Notes: generated by a model from the letters alone, not told the origin. Positions 1 to 12,900 are shown, numbered from the stretch's first letter. The stretch: DNA of 64,000 nucleotides from Isurus oxyrinchus (GCA_026770705.1 JANJGN010000035.1:6944001-7008000); one strand, 5' to 3'. Program-made: numbers and translations.

Positions 1-1305
1 TGGCATTTGATTCCAGACAGTTTGAATTTATTGAAGAGAAGATTCTGAAAACTATTTTTCGGGACGAACTCATTATGCACTTAGGGAGCTGTATAATAAT
101 GGAGGGAAATCAGAATGGATTCAATAAGAATAAATCATTTTCCACTAACATCCTGGAGTTTTTTGAGGTATTAACAGTATACACTGATAACGGCAGCGCT
201 ATTGATGTCGAGTAAACGGGTTTCAAAAGGCATATGATAAAGTTCCAAAGTAAAGACATGTGAACACAATCCTTGCTCAAGGACTAAAAGGGGAAGTAGG
301 CAGATGGATATGAATTTCGCTGAGTGGTAGGAACAGAGAGCAGTTGGTGTTCCCAAGGGATTAGTGCTGGGACCCTTGGTCTTCCTGATATATATCAATT
401 GACTACATTGTGGCGTTCAAGGCATAACTTCAAAATTTGCCGATGATACGAATATTGGATTCTTTATCAACTGTGATCAGAAAAGTATTGAGCTTCAAAA
501 GGACATAGATATATTGGTACCATTTGAAGATCAATGTGCAGAAGTGTGAGATGATTAAATTTGGCCAGACCAATTATCAGAGACAAGAAAAATCGATGAA
601 GAGACACTTAAGGAGGTGCAGGAACAAATAGACCTTGATTGCAATGCACGTACATGATTGAAGGTTCATTTACTGAAAGTCCTGGCATCCTATGTTTATT
701 TAATAAGGACATTGAGTGCACGAGTAAGGCGCAATTTCGAATTTGTATAAAACACTAATTAGGCCTGATTGGTAGTGCTGTCTCAGGTTATGGTCGCCAC
801 ACTTGAGGAAGGGTATGCAGGAATTGGAGAGGTTACATAATAGGCTCACAAGAAGTATACAGGGGATAAACATCTCTGGCTATGAGGATAGTTCTGAGAG
901 GCTGAATCGCTTTTCTTTGAAGAATAGAAGGCTAAGAAGAAACTTGATAGACGTATCCAAAATCCTGAGGTGTAAATAGTGAGAACTCTACCCACTCAAG
1001 TGTGCATCAAAAGCTAGAGCAGACGAGTTCGATATATTGTGGAAAATAAGAGGAAGTGATATTAGGAAAGACGATCCCGCAGAGGGTGATTGGAGTCCAG
1101 AACAAACTTCCTAAAATATTCGTGGAGATAGGTTCGATCGAGGCATTCGAAGAGGAATTGGAATACTAACTGAGAATAAGGAATGTGCAAGGTTAAGAGC
1201 ATAATGCGCGGGAGTTCGTACAGGTATAATGCTGTTTCAGAGAGCATGTGCAGACAGGATGCGGCGAAAGGCCTCCATCTGCAGTGTAAAATGTCTGCGA
1301 TTCCA
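1..1305 (+). mobile_element. CR1 LINE, decayed ORF2 RT C-terminal half plus 3' UTR
   Basis: Plus-strand remnants GFNKNKSFSTNILEFFE, GVPKGLVLGPLVFLIYIN and SKFADDT, followed by a CR1-type 3' end near 1260-1305. Many stops and frameshifts. Confidence 0.85.
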
Positions 1306-2224
1306 CTGTCTGACATTATCGATTCAGATCTTATGTAAATGACCGTTTCCCTCACCACATAATTATTAAGGAGTCCTGTTTCTGAAATAAAATAGACTTG
1401 TCATCAAAATAACTCTCTATTGCATTTCAGCACAGCCGAACAACCTCATATTCATTCAGAGATCTCTATCCGTTTCGCCGTCACCTTTAGCCAGATTTAC
1501 GTGCATTGGCCGCTCCTGCTTCACTCCGCCTTCATAATTCAGACTCATTTGCTCTCCCTCCGTTATCTCTGCCGAAAAGAGTGCCTCAATTTGAAGTTCC
1601 TCATTAACTGAGGTCATGTGTTGTGATTTATATGAACTTATTTTTCAGGTATTAAAAACGACCTCTTCCCGTCATTGGTCGGATTTACAGAGAGGCCGTT
1701 TGCCGCTTACAGTCGATAAAGTAGAAAGAGTAACAACATTTTTAACCATTTAGTTCAAGAAGCTCCAATGCCTAATGGATTGCACATACCAAAAGAGAAA
1801 CGATTGAAAAACTAATAAAATGGAAGGGACAGTTATATATTTAGCCTATTTCCAGTTTGAATTATGAGCCGACAGCCAGTTGAAGTTTTGTCCACAGATC
1901 CACCCAATCTAATGCTAAGATAAACTTCCTTCGGGCATATACTCGTTAGCTGGCCAAGAATTCTCAATTCAGACCCAGCCTTTCGCCAATATCAGCCATT
2001 GATCCATGCGTTTATAAATGCTGAAAATAAGGGCGTGTGAAAATAATTTAAAAAAGGAGCATTCACTGATTATGCGCCATCTTGAGACCACTTTGGCATT
2101 CAATTAGATCATTGTTGAATTAATCTGCATATCAATGCAAATTTCCTGCCTGTTACTCATGACCCTTGTGTATCTAAGTATATAAATATATAAGGAGGAG
2201 AAAAGATAATACGACGGTTGTTGG

Positions 2225-2325
2225 AATAAAAAGAGAAAATGCTGGGAAAACTCACAGGTTCCGACACCACTGGGGAGTGAAAAACAGATTTGACGTTTCG
2301 AGTCCGCAGACTCATCTACAGAAGG
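2225..2325 (-). mobile_element. Penelope-like terminal repeat fragment with hammerhead ribozyme motif
   Basis: Minus strand 2321-2291 reads CTGTAGA-T-GAGTC-TGCG-GACTC-GAAAC-GTCA. The same terminal sequence flanks the GIY-YIG element at 50600-50690. Confidence 0.7.
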
Positions 2326-2334
2326 AAGACATAT

Positions 2335-3445
2335 GACCCTTCCAGCCTTACTTAAATCGAGTCAGTCACATTCCTCTACGTCATTCCTGCAGCTGTGCAG
2401 TTTATTTTCTCACACTTTACCGTCGGCTTTCCATCCCTCTCAGAACATTATATGTTTCAATGTGATTTCTTCTCATCCCTTTAATCGCCAATGAATGCAG
2501 GCCGAATGGGGCAAATGTCTCCTCACGCAAAAATCAAACCATGCCAGGAATCAGTCTGGTGAAACTTGGGCTACACTCTCTCTATGAAAAATGTAACTTT
2601 TATTGGACAAGTGAACATAAATGGACACAATGTTCCAGGTGCGCTCTCGCCAAAGCACTGCACAACTGCAGTGAAGCATTCTTGCTCCTGTATAAATGTC
2701 CTTTCACAACGAAGGCCAATATACCATTTGCGTTCTTTACTTCTGCTGCAACAGCATGTCTGTCTTCATTTATTTATGTACAGGGAAACACAGGACCCTT
2801 TTACAACAACATTTTCCAATCTATCAACATTTAAAGATACTCTGGTATTTGCTCTTCCATTCAAAGTGGACAACGTCACACTTGTTCTCTTTATAGTTTA
2901 TTTGCCATGCATTTGCCCACAAGCAACGTCGATCATTCGCAGTTAAGTCTCTTAACACTTCCATCATTGCTCACATTCCCACTGATGTTTGTGTCACCAG
3001 CAAACTTAGAACAATCGTGTTTGCTTCCTCCCTCCAAATATTTGATATATGTTGCTAATAGTTTGGGTTCAACCAGCTGCCATTCCGAAGTAAAGGTCCA
3101 TTTTTTTCCAATTCTCTGCTTTCTCTCTGCTAAGCCAATTCTCAGTCCATGCCAATATGCATTACCACCCGTCAAATGTGCTTTAAGTGTACATGACAAC
3201 ATCTTATGTACGACATTTTCAAAAGCATTCTCAAAATCCAAAAGCAGCACATCCATTTGTTCTACTTCATCTATTTTGCTGGCTGCATGCTCAAAACAGA
3301 ACTCCAGTAGCCTTGCAAGCATATCACCCCTTTCCTTAATCCTTGTAAATTGTCTAATCCCGTTGATATTTTCCATGTGCCCTGTTATAGCATCCGTTAT
3401 GATGGAATCTAGCATTTTCCAAACCATTGATATAAGGTGTGAGGT
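2335..3445 (-). mobile_element. CR1 LINE RT fragment
   Basis: ORF 2933..3556 gives LLEFCFE..MDVLLLDFENAFENVVH..RQRI..CSKFAGDT, typical CR1 RT motifs. Confidence 0.85.
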
Positions 3446-3479
3446 GATGCACTGATGATGCACTGGGGCAGGAGAAACA

Positions 3480-5310
3480 AGGAGCAGGCAGACACAATAA
3501 ATCAGAGGACACTGGGAAGTACCGAAGATCACAGGGATCTTGGTATGCATGTCCACCGGTCTCTTAATGTCACGGGACAGATATAAAAGTTGTTTAAGTA
3601 GGCAAATGGGATGCTAGATTTTATTAAACGAGCCATAGCATATAATTGCACCGAGGTGATGCTGGAACTTTATAAAAAGCTGGCTAGGCCACAGCTAGTT
3701 TATTACCTGCAGTTTTGGAATTCGCATTATAGGTTGGATGTGATTGAAGGAGAGAGAGTCCAGAGAATATTTATCCTGATGTTCCCTGGGCTGGAGATAT
3801 TTAGTTAGATGAGTTAGTTATCGCAGGGGCTCTTAACAACTATTTCATTCCTCGCTGGCCTCGTGTTAGTTTCCAGAGGAGTGGAGAACAGTTAACGTGT
3901 TTCTGTTATTTAAGAAGAGTTGTATTGATAAGCTAGGGTACAACAACCCAGTGAGTCTCATGCCAGTGGTAGGGAAAATAATGGAAAAAATTCTGAATGA
4001 GATAATCAATCTCCATTTGGAGATGCAAGGTTTGATCAGAGATAGCCAGCGTGGCTTTGTCAGGGGGAGTTCAAGCCGATCAAAATTTTATGAATTTGTT
4101 TGCGGTGGTGACCATGTGAATAGATGAGGGCTTCACAATTGATTTAATTTATATGGATTTCAGCAAAGCCTTTGACAAGGTCAAACTTGGGAGAATTATT
4201 AAGAAGGCAAATGCACACGGGATAAGAGGTAATTTGTCATGGTGGATTCAAAATTGGCCTCGATGTTGGGGGCAGAGTGTGACGACAGCAGGCTGCTTTG
4301 TTGACTTGGAATCCAATGTCCAGTGGCGTTACCACAGGGTTCTGCATTGGGTATAGATGACTATATGGTGGGTAGGATTAACAAGTTTGCGAATGACACA
4401 AAGATTGGCTGGGCGTAAAAAATTGAGGTTGAGTTTCTTGTGCTACATGAAGATATAGACAGGATGGTCAAATGGGCACTATAGTGGACGATGGAATTTC
4501 AACCTGAAAATTGTGAATTTAAGCACGTTGAAAGGAGTAATTTCACAAGGAAGTATTCGATGAACGGGATGTCACCAGGAATTTCTCAGGAAAAAGGGCC
4601 TTGGCTTATGTGTCCATACATCTCTGATGGCTGAGCAGCATGTTAGTTGGGTCGTGAAAAAAGCATGCGCGTAACTTGCCTTTACCAATCGAGGCATAGA
4701 ATACAAAATTAGGGAGGTCATGTTGAAATTCTATAGATACTTAGTGAGGCCACATCTGGAATAGTGCGCCATTCTGGTCGCCACTTTGTAGGAAGGATGC
4801 GCTAGCACTAGAGAGGATGTAAAGGAGATTCAGCAGGATGTTGCCTGCGATGACAATTTAAGTTATGAATGCAGGTTGGAGAGACTTCCGTTGTTTTCAT
4901 TGGAGCAGAAAAGACTGAAGGGCAACCTGATCGAGGTGTAGAAGTTTATGAGGGCCATGGAAAATGTGGATCTGGTGCAGCTGCTCTCCTCAGTTGAAGA
5001 GTCAGCCACGAGTTGAAAAAAATTTCAAGGTGAGGGGCAGGAGATTCAGGGGAGATGTTAGGATAAATGTTTTTACACAGAGGGAGGTCAAGTTCTGGAC
5101 TGCGCTGCCTGGGAGGATGATGGAGGCAGGCTGCCTCATACGCTTTAAGAAGTATCTGGATGAGCACTTGGCAACTAATAACATTCAAGGCTGTGAGCCA
5201 CGTGCTGGTAAATGGTGTTAGGTAGGTGCGTCAGAAGTTTCTCACGTGTCGGTGAAGAGTCGATGGGCTGAATGGCTTCTTCTGCACTGTGTGATTCTGT
5301 TATTCTGTGA
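3480..5310 (+). mobile_element. CR1 LINE fragments (short RT C-terminal piece 3480-3810, then RT plus 3' tail 3820-5310)
   Basis: LYKKLARPQLVYYLQFW; NNPVSLMPVVGKIMEKIL..SQRGFVRG; MDFSKAFDKV; ends in a ctgtgtgattctgttattctgtga microsatellite-like CR1 tail. Confidence 0.9.
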
Positions 5311-5319
5311 ATCTGAGAG

Positions 5320-5740
5320 ATTGGATAGACATGGGTTATTTTCCCTGGCGCGGGGGTGTTTGAGAGGGTGTGTGGCATGACTGAGTTTTATGAGATTTTG
5401 AGTGGCATGATAGGGTACACAAGAAGCAAATGCTACTCTTGGTGCAGGGAATACGAACCAGGGCGTTTAAATTGAAGGCAATGAGCAGTAGGTTCAGAGT
5501 GGATGTGAGGAGAACTCTTTTCAACCAAATGGTGTGGGGAATGAGGATGACACTGCCTGAAAGGGTGGTAGAGGAAGAAACGCTCGTATATGGATGTACA
5601 CTTGCAATTCCATGGCATTGACATCTATGGGCCTTGGGCTGGGAAATGAGTTTCCAATAGTTAGGTACTTGTTTGACTGGCGCAGACGCTATAGGCCGAA
5701 TGTCCTTTTAGCTATGCTGTTGACTTCTGTGACTCTATAA
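5320..5740 (+). mobile_element. CR1 LINE 3' end fragment
   Basis: RTRAFKLKAMSSRFRVDVRRTLF C-terminal motif and a tail ending gacttctgtgactctat. Confidence 0.8.
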
Positions 5741-5749
5741 AACCAACGA

Positions 5750-6045
5750 GTATTTATTGTGCATTTTCTCCCCTTACAATTCTTCACAAACCATATGGTT
5801 ATATTTGCCATCCTCCAATCTGCCGGTGCTGTTACAGAATGTATAGATTTTTTGAATATGACAACCAACCACTATTTCCATGGCGATTTCCCTTTGTACC
5901 CTGAGATTCAGATTATCGGGCCATGGCGATTTATCGGCTTTCAGGCCCATTAATTGCTCCTGCACTGTTTTTTTTTTGGTAATATAATTTCTTAGTAATG
6001 CTAATTAGCTTCAATTCCTCCATCTGCCTGAACAATTGATTCCCT
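5750..6045 (-). mobile_element. CR1 ORF2 fragment (RT N-terminal region)
   Basis: ORF 5774..5965 reads LMGLKADKSPWPDNLNLRVQREIAMEIV, matching the KSPGPDGLHPRVLKE motif. Confidence 0.8.
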
Positions 6046-6049
6046 AGTT

Positions 6050-8775
6050 ATCGGTTTCGAATTCCAACACAGACAAAGAAATTTGTATTCCATGAAAATC
6101 TGGAATTTAAAGTCTAAAGGTAAACATGAAACCAGAGTTCGTTTTTGTTGAAAAAAAACTTGGCACAGTGAATTCCTTTAGTAGATGTAAGCTGATACCC
6201 TTTATTCCTCTGACCTGAATGTGGCTCTAGGCGCACATCAAAGTTGTTGAATCTTAATTGCCCTCTGAAAGGTCCCAGCAAGCCACTCAGTTGCTAAAAG
6301 CCGCTCCAAAGTTACAGAAAAAAGAATGGAACCGGACAGTCTAAATAGCATCGACCTAGACCCTGGAAACGCCAATGGAAATAGCAGCCTTCTGGCCCCT
6401 GCAAAGTTCTACTTGTTAACGCTTGGACTCTAGTGCCAAAATTGGGAGAGCTGTCTCATCTCAAGTTAAGGAAAATACTGAAATAGTTATCCTCACAAAA
6501 TCATACCATAAAAAGAATGTCCCAGAATCCACCGTCAGCATCCCTGAGTATGTCCTGTCCTACCCGCATGGCAGACCTAGCAGAGGTGGCGGCACAGTGA
6601 TCTACATACCCTCGGGGGGGGGGGGGGGGGTGGGAGGGGAGAAGTCCTGGGAATCCTCAACATTGACTAGACGGCATGAGGCCTTTTGCCATCAGGTCAA
6701 ACACGGGCAAGGAAACCTCTTGTTGGTTACTACGTACCAGCCTCCCACAGCTGATGAAGCATTGCTGCTTCATGATAAAAAAAAAAACACTTGGAGGAAA
6801 CGCTGAGAATGACAAGGGCACAGTACATACCCTCGGTTTGGGACATCCATGTCCATGACCTGGTGTGGCTCGGCAGCACCAATACCGATACAGCTGGCCG
6901 AGTCCTAATTGACATAGCTGGTAGACAGGACCTCAGGCAGATCGTGAGGTAACCAACAGGAGGGAACATATGCTTGAAATTATTCTCACCATCCTGGCTG
7001 CCACAGATGCAGCCGCTGAGTCATTGTGGAGACGAAGTCGAGCCTTCATATTGAGGATATCCTCCATCTTGTGTAGCATCATGAATGTGTTAAATTGGAT
7101 AGGATTAGAACAAATCTAGAATCCCAAGACTGTGCACCCATGCGGCGCTGTGGGACTTCAGCATCAGCAGAACATTGCTCAAACACAATCTGTAACCTCA
7201 TGGCCGGGCTTATGCCAAATTCTGCCATTACCGTGAAGAAAGGAGATCAACCCTGCTTCAATGATGAGTGCCGGAGGATTTGCCATGAGAGGACCAGGTT
7301 TACCTAAAAATGGCGGTCAATCTACAACATATGACTACTGGTTGTCAAACAGCATAACCAGCAAGAGATTGGTAGAGTCAAGCGATTCTATAGCAAACGA
7401 GTCAGATCGAAGCCATGTAGTCCTGTCAAAGACTGTCCTGAATGGTAGTGAACAATTAAGCAACTTACTGGAGAGGAGTTTCAACCAACATCATCATCCT
7501 TAAAGAAGGAGTATCCCAGCACAGCAGTGCAAAGTATACGGCTGACAGAATTGCAACTATCTTCAGCCAGAAGTGACAAGTGAATGATCCAACTCGGCCT
7601 CTTCCTCAGATCCCCAGCACCCTGAAAACACAAGTCAGCCAATTTAGTTTGCACCATGTAATATCCGGAAATGCCTGTAGGCGCTGGATATTGCCAGTGC
7701 CGCAAACACTCACAATATTTTGGCATTCGTAATAAAGACCTGTGCTGCAGAACTTGATGTGCCAGTAGCCTATCCTTTCCAGTACAGCTGCAATACTTCA
7801 ATCTACAAGGCCTTGTGGAAAATTACCCAGGCATTTCCTGTACACATAAAGCAGGAATACTCCAACCCAGTCAATTGCCGCCCCATCATTCTACCCTCCA
7901 TTATCAGTGAAGTAATGGAAAGGGGCAGCAACGGTGCTATCAAGCGGCGCTTGCTTAACAATAACCTGCTCACCGACGCACATTTTTGGTTCCACCAGGG
8001 CAATGCAACTTCTGATGTCATTATAGCCTTGGTTCAAAATGGACAAAAGCGCTGGACTCCCGAGGTGATGTGAGAGCGACTGTCCTTCTTATCAAGGCCG
8101 AGTGCGGCTTCAAGTAGCCCTGGCAAAACTGGAATCAATGCGATTCAGTGGAAACAACTTTCTCTGGTTGGGATCATATGTAGTACAAAGGAATTTGGTA
8201 GCGGTTGTTGGAGGCATTACCATCACTGAATCCCTCCCTCTCAACATCCTGGGTCGGCCAGCAGCTGCACTGGATTAGCCATATAAATATTGTGCCTTCC
8301 AAAGCAGGGTACAGGCGAGGATCCCTGCGATGAATGAGACATCTTCTGCCTTCTGAAAGCCTGTCCACCATCTAAAAGCCACATTTCACGAGAGTGATAT
8401 TATACCCCCCACTTTACTGAATGTGTGCATCTCCCACACTCTTGAAGCTTGACAGCGGGCAGGATAAAGTAACCTTGCTTGATTGGCACCACATACAAAA
8501 ATATTCACTCTCGCCACACCTGATGCTAATTAGCAGCACTGTGTACCATCTACAAGACGCACTACAGGGATACGTGAAGTCTCCTAAGACAGCATCTTCC
8601 AAACCCATGATCACTACTAACTAAAAGGACAAGAGCAGGAGGTAGAGAGCAGCACGAACACCTGGAGGAACCCCTCCAATTCGCTCATTATCCTGAATTG
8701 CCAATAAATCACCGTTCACTCACTGTCAGTGGGTCAAAATCCTGGAACCTTTGTTTAACAATACTGTGCAGATAC
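6050..8775 (+). mobile_element. Non-LTR retrotransposon (CR1/L2 group) with a tRNA/SINE-like 5' head, APE endonuclease and RT, decayed
   Basis: B-box-like GGTTTCGAATTCC at 6053. Endonuclease motifs VILTKS, RGGGTVIY and LLVTTYQPP. RT motifs KTCAAELDVPVAYPFQYS, NPVNCRPIILPSIISEVME and HFWFHQG. 3' region 8450-8770 matches copies at 16950-17395 and 42180-42720. Confidence 0.8.
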
Positions 8776-8779
8776 CTGC

Positions 8780-9310
8780 ATTCCGACTACAAGACACAGA
8801 AGCTAGTATAACATATTCCCTAGTCATTTCCTCGACATACTGGTTGAAATAGACACCTGGCACAAGCTCCAGGAATACAGTATTACTGCTAATTTGTTTT
8901 GCCCAGTCTATATGTAGATTAAAATCATCCATGACTATTGAAGCACCCTTGTTACATGCAACTTTAGTTTCCAGTTTACTGCAGGCCGCTATCTTTTAAC
9001 ACGGCTTGTGGGACTGTAACAATCACCCACTATTGTTGTCCGCACTTTATTGCTTCTTCGGTCCAGCCAGGTTGATTTTACATCTAGATTTTCTGAGCCA
9101 ATATCCTCTCTGACGTTTGCATTGGTTTCTCCCTTAATTAAAAGTGTAATGCCAAATGTTCTTCCTTTTCACATGTCCGTCATAAATATCTAATATTCGT
9201 GGATTTTCTAATCTAATCCTGCTTCACCCTTCAGCTTTGACTCGGTCATAACAATGATATTTTCACCCAATTACTCCTTTTTAAGCTGCAAATTTGTCCA
9301 TTTTATTGCA
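8780..9310 (-). mobile_element. CR1 ORF2 endonuclease fragment
   Basis: ORF 8726..8932 reads MDDFNLHIDWAKQ..FNQYVEEMTREYVIL (GDFN and QYVxEPTR motifs). Confidence 0.8.
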
Positions 9311-9314
9311 AATT

Positions 9315-9790
9315 CAGGAGGACATTTACTTGAATGTTACCAGGACTAGAAAATAAGAGCCATAAGGAAAGATTGGTTATGCTGCGTTATTTCAACGTGA
9401 AGTCGGCGAGACTGAAGGAAGATTTCATTGTGATGTACAAAATTGTTATAGTTTGGATGAGAAGAATATATTTAGTAATTCAGAGACTATGGAATACTGA
9501 ATTGTAGTGATTAATAGAAGTATGAGAAGAGATATGATGACTTTTTTTTCCTCGCAGTGAGTTGCAGGTGCCAGGAACTAGCTGCTTGAAATAATAGTGG
9601 AAGGGGAAACACTTCACTCACTTAAACATATCTGAATATAAAACTGAATTGCCGTATCCTGCAGGGATGCCAATAAATGCCTAAAAGAGTGACCATGCAA
9701 AGTGGTTCTTTGTTTCTTTTTTTGGCCGGTGCAGACACGATGGGCCAAGTACACATGTTATGTGCCGTACAACATCAGTAATCAATGACT
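9315..9790 (+). mobile_element. CR1 3' end fragment
   Basis: Decayed RT C-terminus (RRLKEDFIVMYKI) and a CR1 3' UTR-like gcagacacgatgggcc segment. Confidence 0.7.
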
Positions 9791-10082
9791 GTTTAAAAAA
9801 CATGCAAAAAATAGAGGAACAAATCGGATACAGGGTAGCAAGTCAATCCAATACTACTACATATCTGGGATTTTCACTCAGCAGACAATGAAGAGCGACA
9901 GCAACGTAGAACAGAAGCAGCATTTACTTTATTAAGCAGCCTATAATTTCATCGAACATCTGCGGATCAGGTTTTATTGCTGCGGTCTAATTATTCTTGA
10001 TCTATCCACGAACAGAACTCAGTGAATGTTTGAAAAAAAATTAGTATAAATTGTTAATAACTGAATAAATGACTGCCTGCAC

Positions 10083-10088
<6 letters not shown>

Positions 10089-10144
<56 letters not shown>
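10089..10144. repeat. (TA)n microsatellite
   Basis: Uninterrupted run of tatata of about 55 bp. Confidence 0.98.
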
Positions 10145-10147
<3 letters not shown>

Positions 10148-10239
10148 TATAGATATAAGACTGAGAAGAAGATGCAGATGAACAATTGGTAAAAAAAAAT
10201 CTATTTGCAAAACAAAGTTCATGGTTATGACTTTTTTTC

Positions 10240-11330
10240 AACTCAATATTGATTTCACGTAGCTGCAAGGGGCCTAAATGCAAATGTGAGCAGATGCTCC
10301 TCCAGCTGGCGTGCGTTTTACTGGGCCACTGTAGCCTGCCAAGTATAGAAACATGAGCATGAGAGCAGGATGGTAATTTGGTAACCAACTGCAATATTGT
10401 GGTCACGATTGCAGGCAAAGCGAATCTTTTCCGCAAAACCGTCACATAGTCTGTATTTGATATGCTCAGCATAGGCCTGACCACTTTGTGAGCAGCGAAT
10501 ACAATAGATTAAATTCTCAAAGTGTAATTAAATCGCTGCTTCGTTGGGAAAGTACGCTTCAGACCATGAGCGGCGAGGAGGGTGCAGGTAAACGGACAAA
10601 TGTTATAGGTCCTGAGGTTCATGGGAAAATGCAATGTGAAGGGGTAAGATATTTTTGGTGATAGAGCTTTGGATCAGGGTGTCAGAGAGAAAATGCTGGC
10701 AAGGGAGAGGAAGATGTGCTTGGTGGTTGCATCATGCTGATGTTGGTAGAAATGGCGGAGATTAACACTTTCAAATGGAGACCGATAGGATTGAGAGTGA
10801 GGGGAGGTATGGGAGTTGTGGTCTGCCGGGGTCCGTGAGGGCCACAGTGCATAAGTAGGCCGGGCACAGTGTAAACCAGTATGGGGGCAAGGAGCGGGAA
10901 GGAGGAGTGAAAGAACACAAAAACAAACTATGTTTCCTATGAGCCATCGTGGAATGTGGAATTAGCAGAAAAATGTGGCAGAGGCAGAGAATTTAGTCGA
11001 ATGGAGTGGAACATTGAGAAGAGACGAGGTGCACACAGGTAGCTGTGAGAGTTGTTTTCCTTCTAATGAATTTGAGTATACAATCTAGCCACAGAATTGG
11101 AGACAGAGGAGGCAAACAGGGGAGCGATGTGTTGGAGATGGAAGATAAGGGGGTGAGAAAAGTGTTGGGCTTGGAAACCAAAGTGATGTTTCCCCCCCCC
11201 CCCCCCCCCCCCCCCCAGGTACAGCCAAGAGCACGAAGCGACAGAGGTACACTGAAAAACGAATTATGAGAGGCGGATGCTGAGTAGGACTGGAACAAGA
11301 AATGTTCCACAACGGCCAGATGTTACAATG
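10240..11330 (-). mobile_element. Penelope-like element remnant (RT C-terminus plus GIY-YIG endonuclease)
   Basis: Minus strand resembles the better preserved copy at 50600-51780: an NLxYCIRCSQ..LY-like segment at 10460-10515 and a CSHAHVSILGRLQW segment. Contains a poly-C run at about 11192-11216. Confidence 0.7.
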
Positions 11331-12054
11331 CCAATTTAATGTTTTCCTATACCTGAACAGTATACTTATCGAGTTCATGAGCGAGACAAAATCTTGCTAA
11401 TTGGCTAGTTCTTTTTCTCTCCAGATTTCCCAGATTTAAAAAGAACTTGTGATCCAGTTCTTTGCTATCATTTTCCCCAATTCAGGCTAAAAAAAAATAA
11501 ATAATGAGCTTATTTTTCAACGGCAATTTATTAAGATTTGCGAAAAGCAATTGGTCACTCATTGTACACAGTTTACAACGTGCAGTTCCATAGTCAAGCC
11601 AGTTAAATATTGACCATTATGCAACATTTGCCAAAGGTGAAACTGCCCCTAATATGGCAAGGTAGTTATCAGCTTTTCACCTTGATTGTTCCAGTAGGTG
11701 GATTGGAAAATAAGGATGGATTGTGTTGCGACACTGAACAGTCTTTAACTTTGGCCGTGAGTAATATAAATGTATAGCATGAGGATTAACTCCTTCGAGC
11801 TTTAAAAAAAAATTCCTGCATTTAACCAGCATATTTGGTATCAATAAAACAATCATATTAACCAATGCTTATCTGTAAAACAAATTCCTACATCCGACAA
11901 AGAAGTTGTCATTCTGTACTAAAATAAGTTCATCTTAATTTCTTTGGATATCAAATTTTTAGCGGATGATTCAGCATATATATAAGCCATTTCGCAAAAC
12001 CTTCATGTGTGATTACAAATGCGAAATCCTTCAGGCGCTGGTAATAAGGATTAA

Positions 12055-12900
12055 AAATTAAAAATGCAGGAGAGAATCATCACGTGTGACACCATATGTC
12101 ACAGAGAAGAAGAGTTAAAGATCTTTGACCTTTAATTAGACTGGGAAACATTAGAAACGTAAAATCTTTGAACAGTTCGAAAGGCGCAGCGGGGAGTTCA
12201 TGGCTAGGGTGATGGTCAACAAGAGAAAGGGGAAGATTGTGCACTGTTTTTAGGCATGGAAAATTAAATTTAAATATATTTCATGGTCCAACGCTGATGG
12301 ACGTGCTAAAGTACAAGAAAAGGAGAACAAGCTTCTAGAGCACATGAAAATAAAATCATAGCTGCAGTCTGAATGCAGAATATAGGAAGTAAGACATAAA
12401 AGCGGAAAATAAACTTTTGACTGCATGAACTTAGCTGGGCCGCTCGAAAAGGTGGTTAAGGAGGCTTGGGAAAACCGTTTACATAATAAGTGAGTTTTAT
12501 AACATTCTAGAAGAAAACTTGGGTATCCTGTGCAGTTCTGGTGACTTCATCACTTCTTTACAGAAAAGCATGTAATGGCACGAACAGTAGAGAAAGATGA
12601 TATTAGCGAGGAACCAATGGGACATTTCTGCCATGAGGAAAGAGTGGCTAGCTTGTAGTTTTACGCAATGTAACATAGGAGGCTGAGGTTAAATTTGATT
12701 AAGATATACAATTTTGTGAGGAGGCTGCATTTGAGGGAATTTATTTGCTTCAGAACCAAAATGTTCCTTGTGCCTGTTTCTAGAAATTGCAGTCCATGAA
12801 ACTTTTTATGAATAGCAGCGATTAGAATAATCTGAAATGCGAGCTGTGTATTTACCCAGTTATTTTAATGTTGACACCGGAATGGTGAAAGGGGCGGAAT
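12055..12900 (+). mobile_element. Decayed Penelope terminal piece (about 12055-12350) followed by a CR1 RT C-terminal fragment
   Basis: aaaatgcaggagagaatc..cacagagaagaagagttaa matches the Penelope terminus. cttgggtatcctgtgcagttctgg matches the CR1 LEYCVQFW motif. Confidence 0.5.

Noticed and set aside
10019-10484. ORFs with IYIYIY repeats
   Set aside because: These are artefacts of the (TA)n microsatellite.
10993-11378. Poly-Gly and poly-Pro ORFs
   Set aside because: They arise from a homopolymer C run within a decayed Penelope element. The poly-G at about 6614-6630 is the same kind of artefact.
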